64,000 nucleotides of DNA. Source: a virus. Its lineage: Duplodnaviria > Caudoviricetes. Below are positions 10,101-20,238 of the stretch, one piece after another. Position 1 is the first letter of the stretch. Each line of letters starts with the position of its first letter. The translations under genes were made by a program, and so were the position numbers. The notes under the pieces were generated by a model. That model did not search any database. It worked only from the letters and a program-made list of their open reading frames with translations, and was not told the origin of the DNA. Location: positions 32,001-96,000 of IMG/VR virus record IMGVR_UViG_3300028591_000103; one strand, 5' to 3'.

Positions 10101-12362
10101 TTAGTCCTTGCTGTAATACTTGTTAGCAGCCCATGCCGGAGCAACACCAGTAACTGCAGTACGCTCACCTTCCTCGGTGTCAGCGACGAAGTAGGTGCTG
10201 TACGTGGTTGCCCAGTCAGCCGGCTGAGTCTGGATTGCAGTACCACCGGTTGCAGCGGTGAAGTAGAACTTGGAGGTATCGAACTGAGGAGCAACCGCAG
10301 TCACAGCCTCCATTGCAGTGCCACCAGCGTTCAGCTGATAGTAGTTGCCATAGGTGGTTGCCCAGTTATCCGGCTCAGAAGTGGTAACGGTGTAACCCTC
10401 AGTCGGATCGACCGGAGTATCACCACCAGCGACCGGACCAGCGTTGGAATCCGGAACCAGAACAGTGTTCTTGCAGATGACGCGACCCTGGATACCCTGG
10501 ATAGCGATCGTTCTGTACTGGCTGGAAGTGGTGACGATAACTGCTGCGCCGCCAGGATTCTGAGCATCAGCATATGCTGCGTTCTCCGGAGAATTGGTGA
10601 GGTGACGAGCGAAGCGGAGGTGCTTGTAGGAGATGTGGAACTTGTCCATCGGATATGCCACGATCTTGAAGAAGTATTCGCGGGACACATCACCCTCCTG
10701 ATGCTTCTCCTGATATGCCGGAATGGTGATGTATGCATCAACACGGTTGGAGGATACAACACGGATCGGAACATCAGTATCAGTGAGCACACCGAATGCG
10801 TGGTTCATCATGACACCGCCGATTTCGGTAGACTTCTGAACAGTCCATGTGGTGAACTTCTGGAGCAGACGAGCTGCCTTCGGGTTCGCATAGATAACGA
10901 AGCCGAGGTTGTCCAGCTTGCCCTTGTCGCAGAGCTCGTAGATAACAGAAGCGATTGCGTTGTGAATTGCATTCGTTCTGTACTCCCACGGATCGCCGGC
11001 GAAGTTCGGAGAAATCGCAGTCGGATCGAGATCGACATACTCGGTAGCAGTATAGGACTCGAGAGCCCAGATGTCGGTCTCAGTGCCGTCGTACTTTGCG
11101 AACTCCTCATCGAGGTACTGGAGAATGTACTCGTCTTCGAACATTTCCTGAGCAGTTACGAGCTCCTGAACGAGACGATTGTAGAGGTTGAAGTTCAGAG
11201 AAGAATTCGCTTCAGCAAAGTCCTCAACAGTAAACGGAAGCTGGAAGCGAACGCCGTCTGCGATTGTGAACTTGCGGATTTCCGGATACTCGCGGAAACC
11301 GATGGTTCTGAGGTTGGTCTCATTGGAGACGTGACCAGATACATAGATACCGGTAATAGTACCACAGGAAGTAGCGGTAATGGTACCCTTGATGAAGTCG
11401 ATGACACCAGAGAGACGATCTGCAACGCCGGTAACAGTTTCGCCGGTAGGCTTGTTGTTTGCATCAACAACAGTCAGCTTCATATCAGCTGTGATACCAC
11501 CGTTCAGGAACACACCACCGGTCTGGATATCAATCTGGATACCACCGTGCGGCAGGCGAACCTTCTTGCCGTCGATCTCAACATACTGAATGCCGAAGTC
11601 ATAGGACAGACGAGTACGAACGTTCGGAGTGATGGTGGTCGGATCACCATTGTCATCCAGCAGCCAGTTGAAGAGAGAATACTTCTTGTTGGTTGCAGCC
11701 TGGATGGTAGAAAGCGGGAGGACAGTGTTCTCATTGAGACGCAGGCCCTTACCAGCATTCCACAGCTTCTTCCACAGCGGCTGACCATCGTCATCCTTCT
11801 GGAAGTAGATTGCCGGGGTCTCATACTCCTCACCAGTCTGGTTGTTGACCAGATACTTGATGAAGATTCTCTGCTCAATGTTCACAGAGGAAGCGGTCTG
11901 GACCGGAATGATGTCCTTACCGAGGAAACGGATGTACTGCTTGATCAGCGCCGGGAAGTCCAGGGTGGACAGCGGCAGATAGTTAGCAACGTTGTAAGAC
12001 TCCTGGATCAGGAATGACTGCTTAGAAGCATCCCATGCGTTCTCCAGCTGATCTGCAACCTGCTCGAGGTGAACGCGCATTGCCGGCTCATTGGTCGGAT
12101 AAGAACGGAGCTCTTCGAGAACCGGCTCGAGCAGAAGGGTCTTATACTCGGTCATGATCTCATCAGAATCCATCATGCGCTTTGCTTCCTTCATAACGTC
12201 GACACCCATCTTGGATCTCATTGTGCCGACGACCTGCTCGAAGTGATCATCGAATCCATCGCGAAGACCGCGGAGCTCAGACTCAGAAGCATTGTTGACA
12301 AGGCTTTGCTGTTCCTGGAACCAGCTATCGTGGGTACCAGCACCATTACGTCTGAATGCCAT
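10101..12362 (-). CDS. Major capsid protein precursor (jumbo-phage type) with C-terminal extension
   Basis: AAAGGAG RBS before MAFRRNG. A ~121 aa propeptide ends FLIQE|S, then NYLPLSTLDFPALIKQYIRFLGKDIIPVQT, resembling the T4 gp23-like capsid N-arm. Codon bias is the strongest in the window (C/G-ending codons). Confidence 0.85.
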   Translation of the reverse strand: MAFRRNGAGTHDSWFQEQQSLVNNASESELRGLRDGFDDHFEQVVGTMRSKMGVDVMKEAKRMMDSDEIMTEYKTLLLEPVLEELRSYPTNEPAMRVHLEQVADQLENAWDASKQSFLIQESYNVANYLPLSTLDFPALIKQYIRFLGKDIIPVQTASSVNIEQRIFIKYLVNNQTGEEYETPAIYFQKDDDGQPLWKKLWNAGKGLRLNENTVLPLSTIQAATNKKYSLFNWLLDDNGDPTTITPNVRTRLSYDFGIQYVEIDGKKVRLPHGGIQIDIQTGGVFLNGGITADMKLTVVDANNKPTGETVTGVADRLSGVIDFIKGTITATSCGTITGIYVSGHVSNETNLRTIGFREYPEIRKFTIADGVRFQLPFTVEDFAEANSSLNFNLYNRLVQELVTAQEMFEDEYILQYLDEEFAKYDGTETDIWALESYTATEYVDLDPTAISPNFAGDPWEYRTNAIHNAIASVIYELCDKGKLDNLGFVIYANPKAARLLQKFTTWTVQKSTEIGGVMMNHAFGVLTDTDVPIRVVSSNRVDAYITIPAYQEKHQEGDVSREYFFKIVAYPMDKFHISYKHLRFARHLTNSPENAAYADAQNPGGAAVIVTTSSQYRTIAIQGIQGRVICKNTVLVPDSNAGPVAGGDTPVDPTEGYTVTTSEPDNWATTYGNYYQLNAGGTAMEAVTAVAPQFDTSKFYFTAATGGTAIQTQPADWATTYSTYFVADTEEGERTAVTGVAPAWAANKYYSKD

Positions 12363-12430
12363 AATTGATACAACTCCTTTATTATTATTTGATTTTGGTG
12401 TTGAGTAACTCAACAAAAGTTTTGGGCTTG

Positions 12431-13018
12431 TTATTCAGAATCTTTCTGAAACTTCTTCAAAACCGAATCGATTTCATTCTGCAACAAGGTGTACAGACTA
12501 TCGAGTTTCTGATAGAAAAGCAGATTCTCGCCGTAGCCCATGTTCACAAATTTATTCAGTGCATATTCCTGACCATTTGTGAGTGCTCGTTTCAATCGAT
12601 TGATTGATTTGTCGTTCTGAACAACGACATCGTTCGGGAGTACGGGCATAATAGCTTGCAGGTTATTCAAAGTCTCCTCGATTTCAGAGTTTCGTGTCAA
12701 CAACTGTTGATACAATTGCTGATTCAATACATCATTCACTTTCTTTGTGATATGATGATTGGTCGGATCCTCTTGATCTTGTTGACCTTCATCACCTGTA
12801 GCTTCATCCTCACCCCCGGTTTCATCGAAGCTAAGATCTTCCATTTCACCACCTGCATCAGGTGGTAGATCCGTCGCCTCCATGTCTGCCGGTGGTTGTT
12901 CACCTGTTGGACCTTGTTGCTGTTCTGGCATATCAGCAGCAGGCTCATCCGGTGGTGTGAATGGTTCCAGCAAATCTCCTTCTGCCTCCATGACAGTATA
13001 GAACAAGTTCATTCCCAT
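12431..13018 (-). CDS. Acidic head protein, possible scaffold/core component
   Basis: 195 aa directly upstream of the capsid gene; TVME|A near the N-terminus, acidic disordered half and helical C-terminus. Confidence 0.55.
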   Translation of the reverse strand: MGMNLFYTVMEAEGDLLEPFTPPDEPAADMPEQQQGPTGEQPPADMEATDLPPDAGGEMEDLSFDETGGEDEATGDEGQQDQEDPTNHHITKKVNDVLNQQLYQQLLTRNSEIEETLNNLQAIMPVLPNDVVVQNDKSINRLKRALTNGQEYALNKFVNMGYGENLLFYQKLDSLYTLLQNEIDSVLKKFQKDSE

Positions 13019-13039
13019 TTAGAACAATCACCTCTCTTG

Positions 13040-16000
13040 TTAGTAAACCGTCGACGCCAAAGAGAACTTGCGTCTCTGATTATCCGTTCCCATCTGAACG
13101 AGCTTTTGACGCATACGCATCAGCTTGTAAATTTCCTCTTGTGCAGAATCGTCATCACCATAACGACTTTTCGCTTTCAGGTTCTCGATTTTATCATCGA
13201 TGATCCGAATCTCGGTTGCGATCTCAGCGTCAGCTTCCTTGCGGAGGCGTTCTTTGTCTCCATGTCTCAGCGCTAGATGTGCGCCATATGCAATACCGAG
13301 ATATGGTGAAATATACGTAAAGATTGCAAGCTTACCAGTTTTCAATGCAATACGTGCGACTTTGTACAATGCGGAACGATAAGAAGGATTCTCGGTGAGC
13401 TCTTTCTTGACTTGGTTCTCATCTCTCTTAATGAGAGAATCAATGAACTTTGTCAACCAGTTCTTTGTACGTGATACCGGTTTAGCAATTTCTCTGCCGG
13501 TGTTCGTAAGTTTCTGTACACCGCGTTCCAGTTTCTGCTTAGTAGAAACAGTGGATTGATTGTCAGACATCGCGTCTGTCAATACATCATTACCAGCAGC
13601 CGATTCGACAAATAGGGGCTCTTCAGATGTAAGAAGTGCGAACACTTCTTGGACAGATTTTCCAGTGGAAAAAGTGTTTTCATCCTTAGAATTTGAAGAA
13701 GGTCTGGTATTATCATAATTGTTTGTTGGTGTTATTTTAGCACCACTGTTTGTCCGCTTATTTGTGGACAAATCATTGCTGGTCGATGATACTTGTGAAG
13801 TATTGTTCTTAACGTCAGACTTACCAGTTGAATGATCGTCAGTGGTGACATTCGATGTATTGTGGGAATTCGTATAGTTGTTCGTAATATTGTAAACAAC
13901 CGTTCCCTTTCCACCATTGCTCGAATTATCGATATTACCATTATAACCGGCACCAAGCATATCTCCAAGAGAATCTGCATTCGGATCATTCAGACGAGTA
14001 TCAATCGAATCTGCGAGATCATCAGGATCGTTCATCGGAACATCCGGAGGAAGTTGTGCATCGGTTACTGTCGGCTTCTTCTTTTTATCACCTTTTGCAT
14101 TATCCGCTTTGATTCTGTCTTTCAGGTACGCTGGCATATCACCAGTTTCCTGTTCTGTAACAGATTCAACATCTGTATCAGATGTATCATCAGCATCGGC
14201 ATCGGATAATTCTGAATCAGTAGGAGGATCCATGTCAACACCGTCTTCGGTTTTGAAGGTTGGTGTATCTCCACATTCCTCAACATCGTCGACTTTCTCG
14301 GTTTCTTCTTCCGGTTCATCTTCTTCAGTCGAAGGTTTGCCCTCCCAATCATCGAGATGTTCCAGAAGTGTATTTGTATCCGGTTCGAATGGTTTCAAAT
14401 CAGACATAAAGAGATTATCCATATTGAATGGATTATCAGAAACGAGAATCGTGCCATCCGCCGCATTCAGCCAAAGAACGTTGATTGAATCAGGATCGGA
14501 ATCATCATATGACTTTCCGTCAGGCATATATTCTGCAAACATCAAGACTTTGTTCTGCATGGAGAACTTACCGACATCCTCGGTATATTTGATACAGGCC
14601 AGAATATCGCCCCATCCAAATACATGACCGAGGCATCCACCCTTATCATATCCGATCGAAGTTAGCTTCTTCGGTACAGAATTAATGAACTGGATGAATT
14701 CCTTCGGGAGATGTTCTTGCATGTAACGTTCAATCTGAATGATCTTCTTCTTGGAAGATTTTTCCTTCAGTTTTGAAATAACACCTTCCTGAACAAATTC
14801 CTCATCATCATCCTTGAACAGATCATGGGATTCGCCGATATATCTGTCAATCAGGATTGGTGATATACCTTTATTATACAATGCATCGCCGAGAGTTGCG
14901 ATATCATTGTATACAGCGTCTTGCAACTGTTCACAGTACATCAGATCCGAAATTGATACATCCCCGAATTCCTTCAGGGTTTCAATCACAGATTCAGCCA
15001 CCTGATCAGAGCCCTCGACCGTTTCTTTTACTTCTTTCTTCTTCTGATATGGATTTGATGCACGGGAATTCTTGTTGACTCTTGCACGAATCGCTTTCAC
15101 GAATTCATCCTCGGAAGAATATTCTTTCGAAATCGGAGAGTCCTGTGAATTCGTGGCCAAACCATACATGAGATCGAAATAAATTCTGGAATCAAAGATA
15201 TTGAATACAGTGAGAAGTGTGTTGTTCATGATCACAGCATTCTCATCATTGATCAGATTCAGTTTCAAGAAGTCTTCGATAAATTTGATTGTGCCTTCCT
15301 TATCCGTCTTGAATGTGGAGAACAAATCGATTCTTTCGAAACGCTTTGCTCCATTATTCTTCGTCGAGATTGATCTGTATGATGCCAGATAATCACTCAT
15401 TGCTTCTGTACCGAGAACTCGCTTTGGATATTTCTTGGGGTTATCGAATACACGAAGAAGAATGCACGGAATCACATTATTCGCAAGCATGTCGACATTG
15501 TAGTCTGCTTTTGAGAATAATTCCATGAGATCATCTGTTGTATCACATTTCCGAAGATCCGAGATGATCTTATTGACAAGGCTTTCGAATTTCTTGGAGA
15601 TCTTCCATTTGCAAGAACCGTTTTTCGAATGACATTCAAACTGAATTTCATTCGGGGTTCTGTTCTGGAAATAGTTTGCAGTTGCAGCTTCCTGAACAGT
15701 TTCATCCACAACAACTTCCGCATCCGGAATATCAGTGAATGTCTGGAATCTCTGCACTTCGGTTTCCTGCTGAAGATCTTCGGGAAGTTTGATCTGATCA
15801 TTATCGAAAATGCTTCCGATATAATCAGCTGCATCAAACAACTTATACTCTCCAGGGAATTTCTCAATCTGATCAAGCTCCGGAAGCGGGATCGGAGATG
15901 TGAAGAGTTGAATTGCATCACGATACTGACTCGGTTTGGTGAACAGCTCGAATGAATAAACACCATTCAGCAGCTGATCAAACTTGTCAAAGTGATCTGC

Positions 16001-17041
16001 AATGAATTGAAGGACTTTGAATCCAACAAATGCATGGAACATATCCGTTGCAACTTTGTTTTCATCAGAGAAAATCTTGGACCAAGCAGAATCTTGGTTG
16101 ACTTGTTCAACAGGCTGAATTTCTTCAGCAGCTTCTGTAGTGACTTTCTCTTCACCTTTTTCCTTCGGAGCAGAATCCTTAATCACAAGCATAAATGCAC
16201 GAGTATCTTCCTCGAACTTATCACAATACTTCTTGATGTTCTCAATTTCTTCTTTTGTGATAAATTTCTGAGTATCGTTATTCACTTCCGGAATCTCGAT
16301 CGTTTCATTGAGCTCTTTAATAGAATCAATGTACTTATCGTATTCCTGAGTGAAGGCCTCGTACACAGCAGTCTTTGCTGATTTAGATTCCTCGAGGATA
16401 TCTTTCAATTCACCGATCAGTTTCTTAAACTTTTCGATGTAACCAGTCAGATCCACCTGGTTCCAGAACCAATCATGAGATTTATCAGAATCTTCTGGTT
16501 CATCAAAACTCCATGATGATTGAAGTACCGGGCAGTTCTTAATAGTATCAACAGTTCTGGTTATCAGCTTAGCTTTTGTGAACATTCTCTTGTCGAGGTC
16601 CTTCACATGCTTTTTCTTGGAAATAGATTTTCCAATACCAGCAACAATTGCTGAACCGGCTCCGATAATAGCACATGTTGCAATCAGTTCAATCAATGTG
16701 AATTCCTGAACAACATCTTCGTCTCCACCATCATCAGAATCATCCTCTTCTTTGACAGCTTCGATAGGCTTCTCGACAGCTTCATTTCCTTTGATAAACG
16801 CTTTGAGATTCTCCAGAGTCTCAACCGCTTTTTGTGGATTTTCAACCCATTCGGGTTCCACGTTGTTCAACCACGACAATGTCCGAGAAACAATGCGATC
16901 CAATTGGAAATCATCATTCACAACCGGAAACGCCTTTGTCTTGAAACTGGATGCAAAGAAATTGTTCATTGCATCAATTGCGACACGGATATTGTCGAAG
17001 TATGTCTTTTTAATGACAATCTGCATGTTTATCATCACCAT
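13040..17041 (-). CDS. Large multidomain internal head polyprotein (pilin-like segment, SUKH-like domain)
   Basis: 1333 aa; repeated VVQE, VTTE, TVQE, FVQE, SVTE, SVQE and LFVE motifs at the ends of acidic linkers. Confidence 0.7.
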   Translation of the reverse strand: MVMINMQIVIKKTYFDNIRVAIDAMNNFFASSFKTKAFPVVNDDFQLDRIVSRTLSWLNNVEPEWVENPQKAVETLENLKAFIKGNEAVEKPIEAVKEEDDSDDGGDEDVVQEFTLIELIATCAIIGAGSAIVAGIGKSISKKKHVKDLDKRMFTKAKLITRTVDTIKNCPVLQSSWSFDEPEDSDKSHDWFWNQVDLTGYIEKFKKLIGELKDILEESKSAKTAVYEAFTQEYDKYIDSIKELNETIEIPEVNNDTQKFITKEEIENIKKYCDKFEEDTRAFMLVIKDSAPKEKGEEKVTTEAAEEIQPVEQVNQDSAWSKIFSDENKVATDMFHAFVGFKVLQFIADHFDKFDQLLNGVYSFELFTKPSQYRDAIQLFTSPIPLPELDQIEKFPGEYKLFDAADYIGSIFDNDQIKLPEDLQQETEVQRFQTFTDIPDAEVVVDETVQEAATANYFQNRTPNEIQFECHSKNGSCKWKISKKFESLVNKIISDLRKCDTTDDLMELFSKADYNVDMLANNVIPCILLRVFDNPKKYPKRVLGTEAMSDYLASYRSISTKNNGAKRFERIDLFSTFKTDKEGTIKFIEDFLKLNLINDENAVIMNNTLLTVFNIFDSRIYFDLMYGLATNSQDSPISKEYSSEDEFVKAIRARVNKNSRASNPYQKKKEVKETVEGSDQVAESVIETLKEFGDVSISDLMYCEQLQDAVYNDIATLGDALYNKGISPILIDRYIGESHDLFKDDDEEFVQEGVISKLKEKSSKKKIIQIERYMQEHLPKEFIQFINSVPKKLTSIGYDKGGCLGHVFGWGDILACIKYTEDVGKFSMQNKVLMFAEYMPDGKSYDDSDPDSINVLWLNAADGTILVSDNPFNMDNLFMSDLKPFEPDTNTLLEHLDDWEGKPSTEEDEPEEETEKVDDVEECGDTPTFKTEDGVDMDPPTDSELSDADADDTSDTDVESVTEQETGDMPAYLKDRIKADNAKGDKKKKPTVTDAQLPPDVPMNDPDDLADSIDTRLNDPNADSLGDMLGAGYNGNIDNSSNGGKGTVVYNITNNYTNSHNTSNVTTDDHSTGKSDVKNNTSQVSSTSNDLSTNKRTNSGAKITPTNNYDNTRPSSNSKDENTFSTGKSVQEVFALLTSEEPLFVESAAGNDVLTDAMSDNQSTVSTKQKLERGVQKLTNTGREIAKPVSRTKNWLTKFIDSLIKRDENQVKKELTENPSYRSALYKVARIALKTGKLAIFTYISPYLGIAYGAHLALRHGDKERLRKEADAEIATEIRIIDDKIENLKAKSRYGDDDSAQEEIYKLMRMRQKLVQMGTDNQRRKFSLASTVY

Positions 17042-17065
17042 CCTCTTCGTGATTTTAGAATGTCA

Positions 17066-17557
17066 TTAATCGTATTCATACTTGTATCTGATACGAGTAT
17101 ACAATTTTCCAAGTTGATCATAAGTGATGCCTATGATAACTGGAGACATGTCCATGTGATATTCAAGCGTTTCTGTTCCTTCCACACGGATAATCATCGC
17201 CTGTTGTCCATCTGCGGTAATATCATGAAAAACTTGAATATCGATTCCGGTATAATTTAACCGATTCAATTGATCCGTTAATTTTGACTTGATTGTCATT
17301 GGAATATTTGGATCATCTGAATACTCGTGCAAATACTGTTCAACATCGATCCCCAGTTCGGGGATCGAAGGAAATTGTCCAGGTTTCATTTTCAACAATG
17401 TAAGAATCGCGTTAATACACATTTCAAATGTGGACAATACTTTTGGTTTGTACATCTCATCAACATCGAAGGATACATCATACCCGAGGGTCTGGAAACT
17501 CCTCGGGTATTTGTATGAAACTTCTGCCAATGTGATGCCACGCGGATCTAACGCCAT
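17066..17557 (-). CDS. Baseplate wedge / sheath-initiator protein (gp25-like)
   Basis: AILTLLKMKPGQFPSIPELGIDV matches the gp25-family pattern IL.T..G..P..P.FG. Confidence 0.7.
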   Translation of the reverse strand: MALDPRGITLAEVSYKYPRSFQTLGYDVSFDVDEMYKPKVLSTFEMCINAILTLLKMKPGQFPSIPELGIDVEQYLHEYSDDPNIPMTIKSKLTDQLNRLNYTGIDIQVFHDITADGQQAMIIRVEGTETLEYHMDMSPVIIGITYDQLGKLYTRIRYKYEYD

Positions 17558-17578
17558 GATATCACCCCAATGGTAGAA

Positions 17579-18442
17579 TTAGCCAAGAAGGATGTTCAAT
17601 GCTTCACGACGAACATCACCACGAAGCGGAATCATCATTCTGCATCCATCAGATTGCTCAACAACAATCGATTCATTCTGAATACCCATCAGCTCTTCTG
17701 TAGAAATCTGGAAAGATTCACAAACAACCTTCAAGTCTTCAGATTGATCCTTGCAGTATTTTGCAAGCTCTTTCAGGAATACAACACGTCCTTCATCCAC
17801 TGCAGATTCCTGATGGATAATCGGAGCAATATCTCCGTCCGCATTCTCATGTGACGGGAAATCAACCATGTCGTATGTGATAACTTTCGTTACACGCATA
17901 TTCGGCTGATTCATTGGTGCATTCGGTATCATGGTTCCCAACAATCTTACCGAGAATGATGGGACCGAACCAAGATCCACAATTTCTTCAGTTGCACCAC
18001 GTCCACATTCAAATCCCGGATCGGTTGTGATGATTGCTTTGTAACGATCACCCACAAGACGATTTCCGCGAATCATATGTGAAGTACGAGTTTGTTCAGG
18101 AATTGTCATTCTGATATCAGAATATCGTTGTCCAGCAATATCCGGATTCGGATGATTCAATTCTCCACGCCATTTATTTTGACGCTTCAGCGTTGTGATA
18201 CGCTCATCATTGTCGATGACACTACAGAGATTGACGGGATCATATCTACGTCTCATTCTGTTATAGCAGTTGAACGTTTGCAGAGTTGCATCAAATTCAA
18301 CATACGCATGTCCGTTGACAGAACGGAATAACTTGAAACCGCGCGGATCAACCTTATAGCTTACAAGTTCACAATCCTGAGGAGACTCCTGAACAAAACA
18401 AGCAGTTTCGTACTTGTTCGTTTGTGTACTCTTCAAAGGCAT
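17579..18442 (-). CDS. Prohead maturation protease (T4 gp21 / peptidase S80-like)
   Basis: Motifs LQ...N...R.Y, GELNHP (catalytic His), FSVR (catalytic Ser) and ITYDMVDFPSH. The core is flanked by FVQE|S and IHQE|S. GAAAGGAG RBS before ATG 18442. Confidence 0.85.
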   Translation of the reverse strand: MPLKSTQTNKYETACFVQESPQDCELVSYKVDPRGFKLFRSVNGHAYVEFDATLQTFNCYNRMRRRYDPVNLCSVIDNDERITTLKRQNKWRGELNHPNPDIAGQRYSDIRMTIPEQTRTSHMIRGNRLVGDRYKAIITTDPGFECGRGATEEIVDLGSVPSFSVRLLGTMIPNAPMNQPNMRVTKVITYDMVDFPSHENADGDIAPIIHQESAVDEGRVVFLKELAKYCKDQSEDLKVVCESFQISTEELMGIQNESIVVEQSDGCRMMIPLRGDVRREALNILLG

Positions 18443-18461
18443 ATTCAAACACTCTCCTTTC

Positions 18462-19703
18462 TTAATCATCTCTTACATCATTAATTCGCTGCATGATATA
18501 TGTTGCGATATAACAAATGTAAGCTTTTACAAGTTTATCTTGTACTTCATATTTTTCACACATTGGAAGAATAATTGGTTTCCCTGCAATTGCGCGATCA
18601 ATTGCTGTTGGAAATTTGGTAATTCTTCCAATGTATTTTGAGGAGTTAATGTCATCCAATGTATTGCCTTCTTTAACAATGAATACATATAGTATGACAT
18701 CAATGATGTTTCCAATATCTCTCTTATCAACCCTTTGAGCAAATTCATATAATGCTTCTGGTGGTTTGATTACTTTCAATTCAGCAATCGCTTTGTATGT
18801 TTGATTCATACGATGATACAAATCATCTCCACCGGAAATCTTACGAACCAGATTATTCCGAATCTTTGTCAGCTCATTGGTAGTGATATTAGAAGCGTCT
18901 TCTGTGTCGGGAGCCATCTCATTACCAGCATCCAAATCGGCATAATATCGATTTGCAATCGTTTGTAAATTTTGACGGAATGTGTTCCAAACACGATTCA
19001 TGAAATCGACAAACACTTTTGGTGTTAAATCGACTGCGAGTTTTGTTCTGTGGAACGCATAACTCGTTTCCACAGATTCACCAATCCAGTTGATCATGTT
19101 TTCATCTTTGACAAGATTCCATGATCGATCCAAATGCTGGTAAGTATATTCCATGATGGATTCTTTTGGATGTGGTGATGGGAAGAACTTATTGAATGCG
19201 GATTGATATACCGTCAACCCCATCTGTTGTCGTGCGGAATCACGAATCAGATTTCGTCCATCCTTAACATGTGCAGGATCTGTTACCATGTCAGAATAGA
19301 TCAATACCATCGCATGTATAACATTTGATGGATAAGAAACAATCGTATTGAAATCAGCTTCACTCACGTGAGTCTTCAAAATCTCTTTGATTGTTTTCTT
19401 TAATTCAGGAACGGTAAAACCGAAAATGGATAAGACTTCATCAACATATTTCCGAGGAAACACAACGCGTTTTGTTGGATATTGTTTCGCCAACATTTCT
19501 GCGTTTGCATCAATGAAGTCATTACCGGCTTTCAAATATTTTTTCATTCCTGACGGTGTTTTCATTACACGAATTACAGGATCAAGAAGTTTTTCTCGCA
19601 TCATGACTTTTCCGGGATCATCGAATGATGATTCCTGAATCAGATTCCATGCTTCTTGTTCTGAAAGAATTGGTTGTTCACACATGAAGAACATGTTCAA
19701 CAC
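18462..19703 (-). CDS. Conserved jumbo-phage virion protein, candidate virion-RNAP accessory subunit
   Basis: 413 aa, helical, LIQE|S near the N-terminus. Sits next to the prohead protease and close to the RNAP beta fragment; the functional call is by synteny only. Confidence 0.45.
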   Translation of the reverse strand: MLNMFFMCEQPILSEQEAWNLIQESSFDDPGKVMMREKLLDPVIRVMKTPSGMKKYLKAGNDFIDANAEMLAKQYPTKRVVFPRKYVDEVLSIFGFTVPELKKTIKEILKTHVSEADFNTIVSYPSNVIHAMVLIYSDMVTDPAHVKDGRNLIRDSARQQMGLTVYQSAFNKFFPSPHPKESIMEYTYQHLDRSWNLVKDENMINWIGESVETSYAFHRTKLAVDLTPKVFVDFMNRVWNTFRQNLQTIANRYYADLDAGNEMAPDTEDASNITTNELTKIRNNLVRKISGGDDLYHRMNQTYKAIAELKVIKPPEALYEFAQRVDKRDIGNIIDVILYVFIVKEGNTLDDINSSKYIGRITKFPTAIDRAIAGKPIILPMCEKYEVQDKLVKAYICYIATYIMQRINDVRDD

Positions 19704-19711
19704 CCCAATTC

Positions 19712-20218
19712 TTATTCAGCATCTGTATTGTTGTAATTCCGATTCTTCTTGTTCTTCTTCTTGTAGTTGCGATATTGCTGCTGGGTTTCTTCTGCAGGCT
19801 TTTCTTCCTCAGTCTTCTCCTCAACAACTTCTTCAGTCGTTTCTTCGACAGTGACAACAGGATCCAGCTCAACTGCCGGTTCCACATATGCTTCCTTCGG
19901 AACTTCCGGAAGAGGTTCTTCTTTCAGAGCTGTCTCGGTGAAAGCCGATTCAACAAACGGCTTTTCTTCGATTTCAATCGTAACCGGTTTCGGTTGTTCA
20001 ACGACAGGAGCCGGTGCAGCTGCTTTCTTTTCAGCAGCTTTCTTCTGCTTATCCAGAATCGTCTTCTTTGAAATGAAAACGCCTGTTGCAGCATCGTACA
20101 CTCTGACATTCTTGAAGTTTGTCAGACGAATGATTTCATCGTCAGACAGTTCAACATTTCTTGCCGGGAGGAGACCGATACCCGGAAATGCTCCTCTACC
20201 ATCAATATTGACGCGCAT
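19712..20218 (-). CDS. Hypothetical protein with P/E/V/K-rich tail
   Basis: GGAGGG RBS before MRVNIDG; small folded N-terminus, low-complexity acidic tail and basic end. Confidence 0.7.
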   Translation of the reverse strand: MRVNIDGRGAFPGIGLLPARNVELSDDEIIRLTNFKNVRVYDAATGVFISKKTILDKQKKAAEKKAAAPAPVVEQPKPVTIEIEEKPFVESAFTETALKEEPLPEVPKEAYVEPAVELDPVVTVEETTEEVVEEKTEEEKPAEETQQQYRNYKKKNKKNRNYNNTDAE

Positions 20219-20238
20219 AAAATTCCCTCCTATTGGAT

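Noticed and set aside
10086-12017. 643-aa plus-strand ORF antisense to the capsid gene
   Set aside because: It mirrors the capsid reading frame; the capsid's strong codon bias avoids TTA/CTA/TCA and so removes antisense stops. No RBS or protein motif.
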